Notes: a model not told the origin generated them from the letters alone. DNA of 25,156 nt from Candidatus Zixiibacteriota bacterium (GCA_036170655.1 JAVHPP010000180.1:1-25156); one strand, 5' to 3'; positions 1 through 8,041 are shown, numbered from the stretch's first letter. Numbers and translations are program-made.

Positions 1-2960
1 ATCAGGCCGAGCACTGTTGCCAGCGAGGTCATCACGATCGGCTTGAGACGTATCATCCCGCCCTGAACGACGGCTTCATGCAGCGGGACGCCCTTCATGC
101 GCAGGTGATTTGTGTAGTCGACCAGCAGGATGCCGTTGCTGACCACGATGCCCACCATGATGATGACGCCTTGAAAGGACGTGACGGACAGCGTTGTGCC
201 GGTCAGGAAGAGCATCCAAAACACGCCGACGATTCCGAGCGGCACGGTGAACATGATGATGAACGGATCGAGGAGCGATTGGAACTGCGAGGCCATCACG
301 ACGTACACCAGCAGGATTGCCAGACCGAACGCCAGGAGCAACACACGGAATGTGCTCTGTTGCTGCTGGACATTTCCACCCAGTTTCACCTCGAAACCGG
401 AGGGGATAGACATTTGGTCGATCCTGGCTTGTATGTCGGCGGCGACACTTCCCAAGTCGCGTCCCGTGACGTTCGCCGTGACGTCGATCAGCCGCTGCTG
501 GTACTTGCGGTCGATCTGGACTGGGGCGCTCGCCTTCTCGATGGTCGCGAGATTGCCGAGGGGAATCTGCTGACCCTCGTTGTTGGTGAGCATGATGTTC
601 TTCAGGTCTTCGATCTTGGAACGGTAGTTTTCGCTCAGACGGACAAGAATGTTGTACTGATTTCCATTCACCGGATCAGTGTAAAGCGATGCGACCGACC
701 CGTTGATGCAGGTGTTGATGGTGTTGGCGATCTGGGCGACATTGACGCCGAGAATGCCGGCACGGTCGCGGTCGATCTTGACGCGCAATTCGGGCAGCTT
801 GTCCTCGCGGCTCACCTGAACATCGGTGGCGCCGGGTGTGGAACGCACAATGGCGGCGATCTCTTTGGCCAGCGCGCTGCCTGTCTCCAAATCGAAGCCG
901 CGAATCTCGACGTCAATCGGGGCGGACGATCCAAAGTTCAGCAGAAACCGGAGAATGCCGCCGGGGCTCAGGAAGACAGAGGCGCCGGGGATGGCCATCA
1001 GTTTGGGCCGGACCGCCTTCACGATCTCGAAGACGCTCCGTTTCCGCTGGTCCACCGGCACCAGGGCCACCTGAATCTGGGCCGCGTGGCTGCCGGAATT
1101 GCGGCTGAAAAGATTGCCGCTGCGGGACGACGGGACGCCGACATCGGTGATCATGTCCTGAATCTCGGGCACTTCCCGTTGCAGAACCTGTTCGGCCTGC
1201 CGCATGAAGCGGTCGGTCTCCTCGGCCCGCGTCCCAACAGGGAGTTTCACTGTGACATTGAACTGGCCCTCGTCCTGATCGGGGAAAAACTCCGTGCCAA
1301 TGAACTTGAACAGCCCCAGAGAGAGCACCGCTGTCCCGATGATCGTGCCGATGACGAGCCGCCGGTGTTTCAACGCCCAGCGTAACCGGCCCGCATACCA
1401 CTGATCCACGGCCTCGATGGCATCGTGTGCGCGCACGCGAATCCGGTCCGAGAGGACACGCGATTCGCGATTGAGCGTTTTCTCGGGCGGGAGAAACTGG
1501 AGGCACATGAGCGGCGTCAGCGTCCGCGAAACAAAGAAAGATCCAAAAAGTGCGACGGTAATCGTAATGGCCAGCGGAATGAACAGCAGCTTGGCAATGC
1601 CGGTGACAAAGACGATGGGCAGGAATACGATCACGGTGGTGAGGGTGGACACAAAGATGGGCGCGGCGACTTCTTTGGCGGCTTCGAGGGTGCCCTGAAG
1701 CTTGGACTGGCCGGCCTTGCGTTCGTTGTAGTGGCGTGATATGGCCTCCAACTCGACGATGGAGTCGTCGACCAGCCGCCCGACAGCGAGCGCCAGTCCT
1801 CCGAAAGTCATGATGTTGAGCGTGACGTTGCCGAAGCGGAACCAGATGAAGGCAATCAGGATCGACATCGGAATGGCCACGAGAATAATCAGCGTTCCCC
1901 GCAGGTTGCGCAGGAACATGAGGATGATGAGCATCGCGAGGATGCCGCCCAGCAGCGCCTCCCGCTTGAGACCGGAGATCGTTTGCTTGATGTACATCGC
2001 CTGGTCGAATGACAGCGACATCTGGACTGTTTCGGGAATGCCAATGAGCTTCGGCAACGCCTTGAGAACATTGTCAACCACCTGGATCGTATTGGCGTTC
2101 GCCAGCTTCTGCACGCGCATCGACAGACCGGGCTTGCCGTTGATGCGCACGAGTTCGGTCTGCTCCTGGTAGCTGTCTTCGACGGCGCCGATGTCTTTGA
2201 TACGAATGGGAATGCCGTTGATCTTCTTGATGATGATATCTTCGAGGGGCTTGACCATGTTGAAGCGGCTCTCCGTCTTCAACGAGTAGTCGAAGGTTCC
2301 CGTCTTCAGATCGCCCGAGGGAATGATGAGATTGGAATTCGCGATCGCGTTGAGCACCGCCTGAATGGGGAGGGCCAGAGCGTCGATGCGGTTGCGGTCC
2401 AGCGTGACGTGGATCTCACGGATGCGCCCGCCGACAACCTGGGCCGAGGCGACGCCGGGCAAATGTTCGATCTGCGGCTCGATGACATTCACGGCCAGAT
2501 CATACAGATCCCGCTCGTCGATGTCGCCGGAGACGGCGATATTGCAGACCGGAATGTTCGTGAGGTCGAAACGCAGCACAACCGGCTGCGACACGCCGGC
2601 CGGCAACTGGTTGAGGATGCGGTTGACACGCTGGATGACATCCACCAAACCAACATTGAGGTCGGCATCCCAGTTGAAGTTGATGCGGACTTGGGAAACG
2701 CCTTCGCGGGTTGTCGATTGAACATAGTCGACGTCGTTGACCGAACTGACGGCACGCTCGGTGACCACGGTGACCGACTGCTCCATGTCCAGCGGGCCCG
2801 CGCCGGAGTAGAAGATGATCGTGCTGACAACCGGGATTGTGATGTTCGGCAGCAGGTCCACGGGAAGCTGCTGCAGGGAAACAACCCCCAACACCAGGAT
2901 CGTCAAGGCAAACAACACTGTTGAGATTGGATAGCGGAGCGCGAGGCGGGTCAGCCACAT
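1..2960 (-). CDS. RND efflux permease subunit (AcrB/AcrD/AcrF family), 3' end beyond the window edge
   Basis: Not in the ORF track. Manual minus-strand translation from the ATG at 2960 gives MWLTRLALRYPISTVLFALTILVLGVVSLQQLPVDLLPNITIP...STTREGVS. TM4 reads LAVGRLVDDSIVELEAI (~1741-1790) and the edge reads RLKPIVMTSLATVLGL in the same frame as the start. It lies directly downstream of an RND adaptor gene. Confidence 0.95.
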   Translation of the reverse strand, partial: MWLTRLALRYPISTVLFALTILVLGVVSLQQLPVDLLPNITIPVVSTIIFYSGAGPLDMEQSVTVVTERAVSSVNDVDYVQSTTREGVSQVRINFNWDADLNVGLVDVIQRVNRILNQLPAGVSQPVVLRFDLTNIPVCNIAVSGDIDERDLYDLAVNVIEPQIEHLPGVASAQVVGGRIREIHVTLDRNRIDALALPIQAVLNAIANSNLIIPSGDLKTGTFDYSLKTESRFNMVKPLEDIIIKKINGIPIRIKDIGAVEDSYQEQTELVRINGKPGLSMRVQKLANANTIQVVDNVLKALPKLIGIPETVQMSLSFDQAMYIKQTISGLKREALLGGILAMLIILMFLRNLRGTLIILVAIPMSILIAFIWFRFGNVTLNIMTFGGLALAVGRLVDDSIVELEAISRHYNERKAGQSKLQGTLEAAKEVAAPIFVSTLTTVIVFLPIVFVTGIAKLLFIPLAITITVALFGSFFVSRTLTPLMCLQFLPPEKTLNRESRVLSDRIRVRAHDAIEAVDQWYAGRLRWALKHRRLVIGTIIGTAVLSLGLFKFIGTEFFPDQDEGQFNVTVKLPVGTRAEETDRFMRQAEQVLQREVPEIQDMITDVGVPSSRSGNLFSRNSGSHAAQIQVALVPVDQRKRSVFEIVKAVRPKLMAIPGASVFLSPGGILRFLLNFGSSAPIDVEIRGFDLETGSALAKEIAAIVRSTPGATDVQVSREDKLPELRVKIDRDRAGILGVNVAQIANTINTCINGSVASLYTDPVNGNQYNILVRLSENYRSKIEDLKNIMLTNNEGQQIPLGNLATIEKASAPVQIDRKYQQRLIDVTANVTGRDLGSVAADIQARIDQMSIPSGFEVKLGGNVQQQQSTFRVLLLAFGLAILLVYVVMASQFQSLLDPFIIMFTVPLGIVGVFWMLFLTGTTLSVTSFQGVIIMVGIVVSNGILLVDYTNHLRMKGVPLHEAVVQGGMIRLKPIVMTSLATVLGL

Positions 2961-2972
2961 GTTGTACTCAGC

Positions 2973-4019
2973 TCACTTCTGGATGGCCACCGAGCCGCCG
3001 TCTTTGATGAATTGCTGGCCGGTCGTAATCACGTTCTCGTCGCCGGTCAAGCCAGAGACAATCTCCGTACGGGATTGCTGTTCGCTGCCTGCCGTGACAG
3101 CTCGTCGTCGCGCGGTCGTGCTGTCGGCGACGTAGACAAACTGCCCCTTATCGTCCTTCAGCAACGCCTGTGACGGTACGGTGATCGCGTCAGGGCGCTC
3201 GCCGACCGACAGGGAAATGGCGGCGAACATCCCGGGCTTGAGGATGCGATCGGGGTTCGGGACGTCGATCTCAATGGCCATTGTTCGTGTCGCCGGATCA
3301 ACGGCCTGACTCAGACGCGTAATGGCGCCGGTGAACACTTTATCGGGGATGGCGTCAACCGAAATCGTGGCCTTGACGCCGACATTAACGACCGGAACAT
3401 CCTTTTCCAGTACGTAGGCGATGATCTTCACGGTCGAGAGGTCCATGAGCGTGAACAGCGTCACATTGTTGGCCGTGATCTGAGCCCCGGCATCGAGATA
3501 GCGGCGCGTCACGAATCCCGCGAAGGGGGCGGTGATCCGTGCATAACCGAGGCGTGTCAGGGCCACGTTATGGTTGGCTTCAGCGACGCGCATCGCGGTC
3601 TCGGCGTTGTCCAGGTCTTGTTTGGACGCCAGGCTGCGCCCGAACAGGTCTTTGAACCGTTCGTAATTGGCTTTTGTGTTGCGAAATGTCGCATCCGCTT
3701 GTTGCGACTGCTCGGCCAGCTCTGTAGTGTCGATCAACGCCAGGAGCTGACCTTCGCGCACATAGTCCCCCATGCTGACATACACCCGATCGAGATTGCC
3801 GTAGACTTTGGAAAAGATCTGCGCCTGCTGGATCGGGAAAACATCGCCGGTCAGAAGAACGGTCTGCTGGATATCCTGCCGCTGGGGCTTCTCCACTCTG
3901 ACCAGCGCGGACATCTGGCGGCGTGTATCAGGCGGCGTCTTGCGGGCAATGATCTTGATTGCGGCCACGACGATGAGGACGAGAACGATGAGACTGGTGG
4001 CGAGCGCTTTTCTGTTCAT
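2973..4019 (-). CDS. RND efflux periplasmic adaptor subunit (membrane fusion protein)
   Basis: N-terminal membrane anchor, lipoyl half-motifs (GDYVREGQLLALID; ITAPFAGFVT), alpha-hairpin, VDPATRT and LKPGMFA motifs. The gap to the permease start is 12 bp. Confidence 0.95.
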   Translation of the reverse strand: MNRKALATSLIVLVLIVVAAIKIIARKTPPDTRRQMSALVRVEKPQRQDIQQTVLLTGDVFPIQQAQIFSKVYGNLDRVYVSMGDYVREGQLLALIDTTELAEQSQQADATFRNTKANYERFKDLFGRSLASKQDLDNAETAMRVAEANHNVALTRLGYARITAPFAGFVTRRYLDAGAQITANNVTLFTLMDLSTVKIIAYVLEKDVPVVNVGVKATISVDAIPDKVFTGAITRLSQAVDPATRTMAIEIDVPNPDRILKPGMFAAISLSVGERPDAITVPSQALLKDDKGQFVYVADSTTARRRAVTAGSEQQSRTEIVSGLTGDENVITTGQQFIKDGGSVAIQK

Positions 4020-4038
4020 GGCAATGTCTTAGGATTGA

Positions 4039-4111
4039 GACCTGCGATCTGAGCGTGGCAGGGTCCCTTCTCCCGGCTGTCCAGACCCGCCACTGCCGCA
4101 GGTCAATTATA
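4039..4111 (-). promoter_or_regulatory. Perfect -10 box (TATAAT, 4106-4111) with an adjacent long imperfect inverted repeat upstream of the efflux operon
   Basis: GACCTGCG (4039-4046) pairs with CGCAGGTC (4097-4104), enclosing GTGGC-A-GGGTC (4055-4065) / GACCC-GCCAC (4084-4093). No convincing -35 element. Confidence 0.4.
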
Positions 4112-4231
4112 TACTCTGGAAGAGGGAGAAATGCCGAAATAATTGCAGCACGAGCGACACCCGAGCAGAGTTGACCTTCATGGGGACCAGTCCCAGCGTG
4201 GGACGGACCTGGTCACATCCGCGAATAGAAG

Positions 4232-5173
4232 TCAGCGGCATCCCTTGCCGGGCTGGCAGGGATCGCAGGGCTGCGGTCCGCCGTTGAACAGGTGATCGAT
4301 CAGGAAGACGAGGTCGAGCACGTCCCTGGCACAGTCGCAGTTGACATCGGAACGTCCGACATGGGGGCATGTCGCATCAACCGTATCCTTGGCACCACTG
4401 AAAATGATATCTGTTACCAGCGCGAGATCGAGCACATCGCGCGATCCGTCACAGAGCTGGTCACCGTGGCAGGGGCAGGAACAGGGTGAGCCGGAGGCGA
4501 CAAGGGATATCGGATCAGAGTGTGGGGAATAGTTTCCAGTCTGATCTTCCGCCATGACAAGATACGTGTATTCGCTCGTGCCATCGGAGGTTGTGTCTGT
4601 GAAACTCGCGTCGGCCACACCGTGACTGTTCAGACTGCCAGTGGGGTCATCCAGTCTTCGGAAGACGCTGTTATTGGAGGTGACACGACGGTACACGTGG
4701 TATGTCTGACCGGCTTGGGCAGTCCACGATAGCCGGATCTGGCTTGCGGACAAGACTTGGGCGGCCAGTCCGACGGGCCGCGCGGGAAAGACAAACGGGC
4801 TCAGCAGAATGTCTTCCTGTTGGAAGGAATTGGCCGGGATGGGATTTGCAAGGTGATCGGCCTGACCGAGCGCCGGATTGGTATAGAAATAGTCGTAGGG
4901 CCGGCCCGCCACCTCGGTGGTATAGTTCTGGAAATCGTCGAACCAGTGGAGGCCGTCATACCCCGCACCGGTGCTGGATTCGATGCGAATTTCCTCGTCG
5001 GTGTGGTCAAGGAACCCAACCCAACTCAATTCTGGAGCCGACGGGTTCGTTAAGTCGGCATTGCGCACCGCGCCAAAGATGCTTCCCTGCGGGAATGTGA
5101 CCTCGGGGAGCGCCGACAGAGCCAGGCCCACGGTCAGAGCGACAAGCCGGAATCGTGGTGAGGAAGCACGCAT
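4232..5173 (-). CDS. Secreted protein with a fibronectin type III-like domain and a C-terminal Cys-rich dockerin-like domain (~313 aa)
   Basis: Signal peptide MRASSPRFRLVALTVGLALSA from the ATG at 5173 (preferred over 5221). FN3 pattern PARPVGLAA...IRLSWT...YHVYR...FTDT...YTYLVMA. Duplicated Ca-loop-like motifs GDQLCDGSRDVLDL and DVNCDCARDVLDLVFLIDHLFNGGPQP. Confidence 0.8.
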   Translation of the reverse strand: MRASSPRFRLVALTVGLALSALPEVTFPQGSIFGAVRNADLTNPSAPELSWVGFLDHTDEEIRIESSTGAGYDGLHWFDDFQNYTTEVAGRPYDYFYTNPALGQADHLANPIPANSFQQEDILLSPFVFPARPVGLAAQVLSASQIRLSWTAQAGQTYHVYRRVTSNNSVFRRLDDPTGSLNSHGVADASFTDTTSDGTSEYTYLVMAEDQTGNYSPHSDPISLVASGSPCSCPCHGDQLCDGSRDVLDLALVTDIIFSGAKDTVDATCPHVGRSDVNCDCARDVLDLVFLIDHLFNGGPQPCDPCQPGKGCR

Positions 5174-5275
5174 ATAATTGAATTCGGTCAGAAACGACAT
5201 CGCCGTCACATCCGGACACAAGATACTCGATTCTGCCCATTCGGCCAGTGGTCAACGGGATAAACTGAGAGAGGT

Positions 5276-5442
5276 TTGCATAAGAAATGCACAACCTGCA
5301 ATCTCTCGTCGGCAGAATGAAGTTCGTAGGGGCACGGCTTGCCGTGCCCGTTGGGGCAGGAGCGCGTAACCAAGTCGGGCACGGCAAGCTGTGCCCCTAC
5401 CCAGGCCGCGTCACTTGTCGGCTTGTCCCATTCTTTATGCAA
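5276..5442. mobile_element. MITE-like element (~167 bp) with imperfect terminal inverted repeats enclosing a REP doublet
   Basis: Left end TTGCATAAGAAATGCACAACC; reverse complement of the right end TTGCATAAAGAATGGGACAAGCC. The first 8 bp are identical and similarity continues for about 20 bp. Confidence 0.45.
5326..5400. repeat. GTAG-type REP doublet (REPIN-like)
   Basis: GTAGGGGCACGGCTTGCCGTGCCC (5326-5349) and inverted copy GGGCACGGCAAGCTGTGCCCCTAC (5377-5400), 23/24 identical. Each copy is GTAG followed by a palindromic hairpin. Confidence 0.85.
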
Positions 5443-5478
5443 GGATCAATAACGTGAGAAAAACCCTGTAATTTCGGC

Positions 5479-5506
5479 TTGACAGCCCGGAGGCGCTGGT
5501 TATCTT
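5479..5506 (+). promoter_or_regulatory. Sigma70-type promoter for the small RNA/peptide unit
   Basis: TTGACA (5479-5484), 16-bp spacer, TATCTT (5501-5506), with an A-rich tract upstream. Predicted start is about 5513. Confidence 0.65.
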
Positions 5507-5535
5507 CGAGCTACACTGGGGAAGGAGGTGGTCCA

Positions 5536-5574
5536 ATGGGTTTATGCAGGATCAGTGAGGTGACCGAGGCTTAG
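5536..5574 (+). CDS. Putative 12-aa small ORF MGLCRISEVTEA inside the small RNA
   Basis: ATG lies 7 nt after AGGAGG in a very strong Shine-Dalgarno, and TAG is at 5572-5574. Translation into a functional peptide is unproven. Confidence 0.4.
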   Translation: MGLCRISEVTEA

Positions 5575-5684
5575 CGCCCGGCGTCATTGATAGGCCATCC
5601 GCAACACGGATGGGTTGGAGCGGGCCTTAGGCCAATCCCAACGGTTCACCGTGAACCGTTCACCGTGAACGGTTCGCCACAAAC

Positions 5685-5726
5685 ATCCCGCCCGCTGCTT
5701 GATTGCAGTGGGCGGGATTCTCTTTT
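5685..5726 (+). terminator. Intrinsic terminator
   Basis: 14-bp stem ATCCCGCCCGCTGC / GCAGTGGGCGGGAT (one G-U pair), 6-nt loop, followed by TCTCTTTT. Confidence 0.85.
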
Positions 5727-5745
5727 GTCCTCGCTGCCGTGGGGC

Positions 5746-5862
5746 CGTGCCACGGGCGTCCCGCCCGTGGCCCGCGCGAGGGGAAAGTGACTCGCGTGAC
5801 GAAAAGACACACGGGCGGGATGCCCGTGGTACGACCGGCCGGGGCTGGAAGCCCGTGGTACC
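5746..5862. repeat. Second REP-like family: inverted doublet plus a degenerate third copy
   Basis: CGTGCCACGGGCGTCCCGCCCGTG (5746-5769) and inverted CACGGGCGGGATGCCCGTGGTACG (5810-5833), 22/24 identical. Inner CGCGAG/CTCGCG stem. Third copy CGGGGCTGGAAGCCCGTGGTACC (5840-5862). Confidence 0.8.
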
Positions 5863-5883
5863 GCGCTCTTATGATAACGGTTG

Positions 5884-5912
5884 TTGACACTTGCGGGAGA
5901 GGCCAATACGTT
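5884..5912 (+). promoter_or_regulatory. Sigma70-type promoter upstream of the kinase gene
   Basis: TTGACA (5884-5889), 17-bp spacer, TACGTT (5907-5912). Confidence 0.6.
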
Positions 5913-5977
5913 AGCGGGCTGGAAAGCGGGGGCATGGCATGATGCGTCTTCTCACTTTAATAATGGAGTCGGCATAG

Positions 5978-7894
5978 GTGATCGGTCAGATCTTTGGTGA
6001 CTACCGTGTCCTCGAGAAACGTGGCGAGGGGGGCATGGGTATGTTCTTCAAGGCGATCGATCAGCGTCTTGATCGCATCGTTGGGCTGAAGACCCTTCAT
6101 GCGGACTTGCTGGCCGACCCGAATCTGCTGGAGCGGCTGCAAACAGAAGCCAAGTCTCTGGCGCGCCTGGATCACCAGAACATCGCGCGCCTTCTCCACT
6201 ATCTCGTCGTGGGGAAGCAGCATTTCATCGTGATGGAGTATGTCGAAGGACATGACCTGGCAGAGATCGTCAAGTCATCGGGACTTCTTCCGGCTGACGA
6301 GCTGGCGCCCATTGTCGATCAGATCTGCGCCGCGATGTCGTACGCGCACGCCAAAGGCGTCATCCACCGCGACCTGAAACCATCCAACATCCTGGTGACC
6401 CCGGAGGGGGTGGTCAAGGTCACCGACTTCGGCATCGCCAAGATTCTGGGGGATTCCTCGAAGACACGGACCGGCATGGCGGCCGGATCACTCCCCTACA
6501 TGGCGCCGGAACAGATCAAGGCGATCGGCGTCGATGGGCGCACAGACATTTATCAGTTGGGGGCGACTCTTTTTGAGCTCACAACGGGACGGCGCCCGTT
6601 CGTGTCTGACAGCGAATATGAGTTGATGACGATGCATCTGGAATCACCGCCGCCAGCGCCATCATCGGTCAATCCGCGTGTGACGCCAGAGCTCGATGCT
6701 GTCATCATAAAAGCGCTGGCCAAGTCGCCATTGGACCGGTATCAGACGGCGGATGAACTGAACGAGGCGATCCAACCCGCCTTGGGATCGGCGGGATTCC
6801 ACGCGGGATCGGTCTCTCCCCGCCGGAAAGCAGCATCGGGCGCCGGGTCAGCGCTCGCAGATGACGACAAGACGTCGCTGCCACAAGCTCGCCGTACTCC
6901 CACCGCGGTCAGGACGCCCGGGCCGGTCCAACACGGCGGAGCGACAACCGGCCGAGGCCGCGCGAAAATGCTGCCGCTGGCCGCCGTGGTCGTTATTGCG
7001 GCTTTGGGAATCGCCGCCGCCATCTTTTGGCCCCGGAAGACGACGCCACCGGCGGTGAAGGAAGTTCCACCGGAGACAACCGGTGTGACGCAAGCACCGG
7101 CCGGGGTTGAGCTTTCGGTCCGCGCGCAACTGCCTCCGGGCGTTTCCCGCGCACAGGTGAAAACGATCACGCTGGAAATCGGCCATCCCACGACCGGCGT
7201 GACAACCGACACAGTCGAGGCCATCGGTGGCGTCATACAGAGTGTCCGGACGGTCGCCCCGGCGGATTCGATCCGGCTGACGCTCCGTGGATATGACGGT
7301 TCATCGCGGACGGTCTTCCAAGGAAAGGCCGTGGTCAACGCCGGCGAGGGTGAACGGGTCGTCTCTGACATTCCTCTGAGAGCGGTACCCTCTGACACGG
7401 TCAAGACACGCGAGGTCACGGCTGAACGGAAGCCGAATCTGGTCATCAACGTCACTCCTTTTTCTGAACGCGACCGCATCGAGAAGATATGGCTCGATGA
7501 GCGGCCGATCTCGGGGAGTTTTCCCCTTAAGCAATCAATCGCAGCCGGGCGGCACACGCTGCGGTGGAAGATCGGGGCGAACCGGTGGACCGATACAGTC
7601 ACAGTGGGCAGTGAAGATAGGGCAACGGAGAAAGATCTCTTTGTCGGGACCGGCATCGGCCGTGTCACGGTGGCGGCGACGATCTCCGGCGGGGGCGGGT
7701 ACGGGGACATCTGGCTCGACGGCGTTTCGACAGGGCTGGGGACACCTGGCCGCTTGGAATCTGTGGTGGCGGGGCCGCATGAATTCGCCGTCAAACTGGA
7801 GGGATACCAGATGCGCACCGGATCGCAGATTGTCGATGTCAAGGCAAACAGCGACACACTGGTGCGTTTCGAGATGGTTCCCCGCACGCGGTGA
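5978..7894 (+). CDS. Hanks-type Ser/Thr protein kinase with a transmembrane helix and C-terminal PEGA-like domain(s)
   Basis: GEGGMG G-loop, VGLK lysine, HRDLKPSN, DFG and YMAPE motifs. Pro/Thr-rich linker, then TM MLPLAAVVVIAALGIAAAIFW. C-terminal IWLDGVSTGLGTP...VVAGPHEFAVKLEGY PEGA pattern. GTG start with a GGAG RBS. Confidence 0.95.
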   Translation: MIGQIFGDYRVLEKRGEGGMGMFFKAIDQRLDRIVGLKTLHADLLADPNLLERLQTEAKSLARLDHQNIARLLHYLVVGKQHFIVMEYVEGHDLAEIVKSSGLLPADELAPIVDQICAAMSYAHAKGVIHRDLKPSNILVTPEGVVKVTDFGIAKILGDSSKTRTGMAAGSLPYMAPEQIKAIGVDGRTDIYQLGATLFELTTGRRPFVSDSEYELMTMHLESPPPAPSSVNPRVTPELDAVIIKALAKSPLDRYQTADELNEAIQPALGSAGFHAGSVSPRRKAASGAGSALADDDKTSLPQARRTPTAVRTPGPVQHGGATTGRGRAKMLPLAAVVVIAALGIAAAIFWPRKTTPPAVKEVPPETTGVTQAPAGVELSVRAQLPPGVSRAQVKTITLEIGHPTTGVTTDTVEAIGGVIQSVRTVAPADSIRLTLRGYDGSSRTVFQGKAVVNAGEGERVVSDIPLRAVPSDTVKTREVTAERKPNLVINVTPFSERDRIEKIWLDERPISGSFPLKQSIAAGRHTLRWKIGANRWTDTVTVGSEDRATEKDLFVGTGIGRVTVAATISGGGGYGDIWLDGVSTGLGTPGRLESVVAGPHEFAVKLEGYQMRTGSQIVDVKANSDTLVRFEMVPRTR

Positions 7895-8041
7895 AGAGGG
7901 AAACGGGACCAGAGGATATTTGCGAACGCGTTATGGATCAGATCCCGGCCCAGCGGGCACAAAGAAATGGCTTGGAAGCGGCCGGTGACGTATAATTGGT
8001 TGACATTCATTTTCGCCACCCGAAAGAAGGAGGACGGTCAT

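Larger units (their letters stand above)
5513..5726 (+). ncRNA. Candidate structured small RNA (or mini-mRNA) of unknown family
   Basis: Bounded by a promoter and an intrinsic terminator. Contains AAGGAGGTGGTCCA (complement of the 16S 3' end), hairpin CCATCCG-caaca-CGGATGG (5595-5613) and an adjacent stem GTTGG...GGCC-tta-GGCC...CCAAC (5614-5642). Confidence 0.65.

Noticed and set aside
78..2924. Long plus-strand ORFs (78-1385, 2409-2924 and others)
   Set aside because: They are antisense shadows of the RND permease, with no recognisable motifs. Such shadows are common in GC-rich DNA.
5513..5726. Assignment of the small RNA as tmRNA, SRP RNA, 6S RNA, a 16S fragment or a type I toxin
   Set aside because: There are no tRNA-like ends or ALAA-type tag, no SRP GGAA/AGCAG motif and no long closed 6S rod. 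Similarity to 16S is limited to the 14-nt antisense tract, and the peptide is not hydrophobic.
5326..5862. Repeats considered as a CRISPR array
   Set aside because: The repeats are inverted pairs from different families, not direct repeats with regular spacers, and no cas genes are present.
7967..8041. ORF-track start at 7967 for the TPR/CsgG-like gene
   Set aside because: The strong RBS and signal peptide fit ATG 8042. The upstream stretch contains a TATAAT (7991-7996) and is more likely regulatory.
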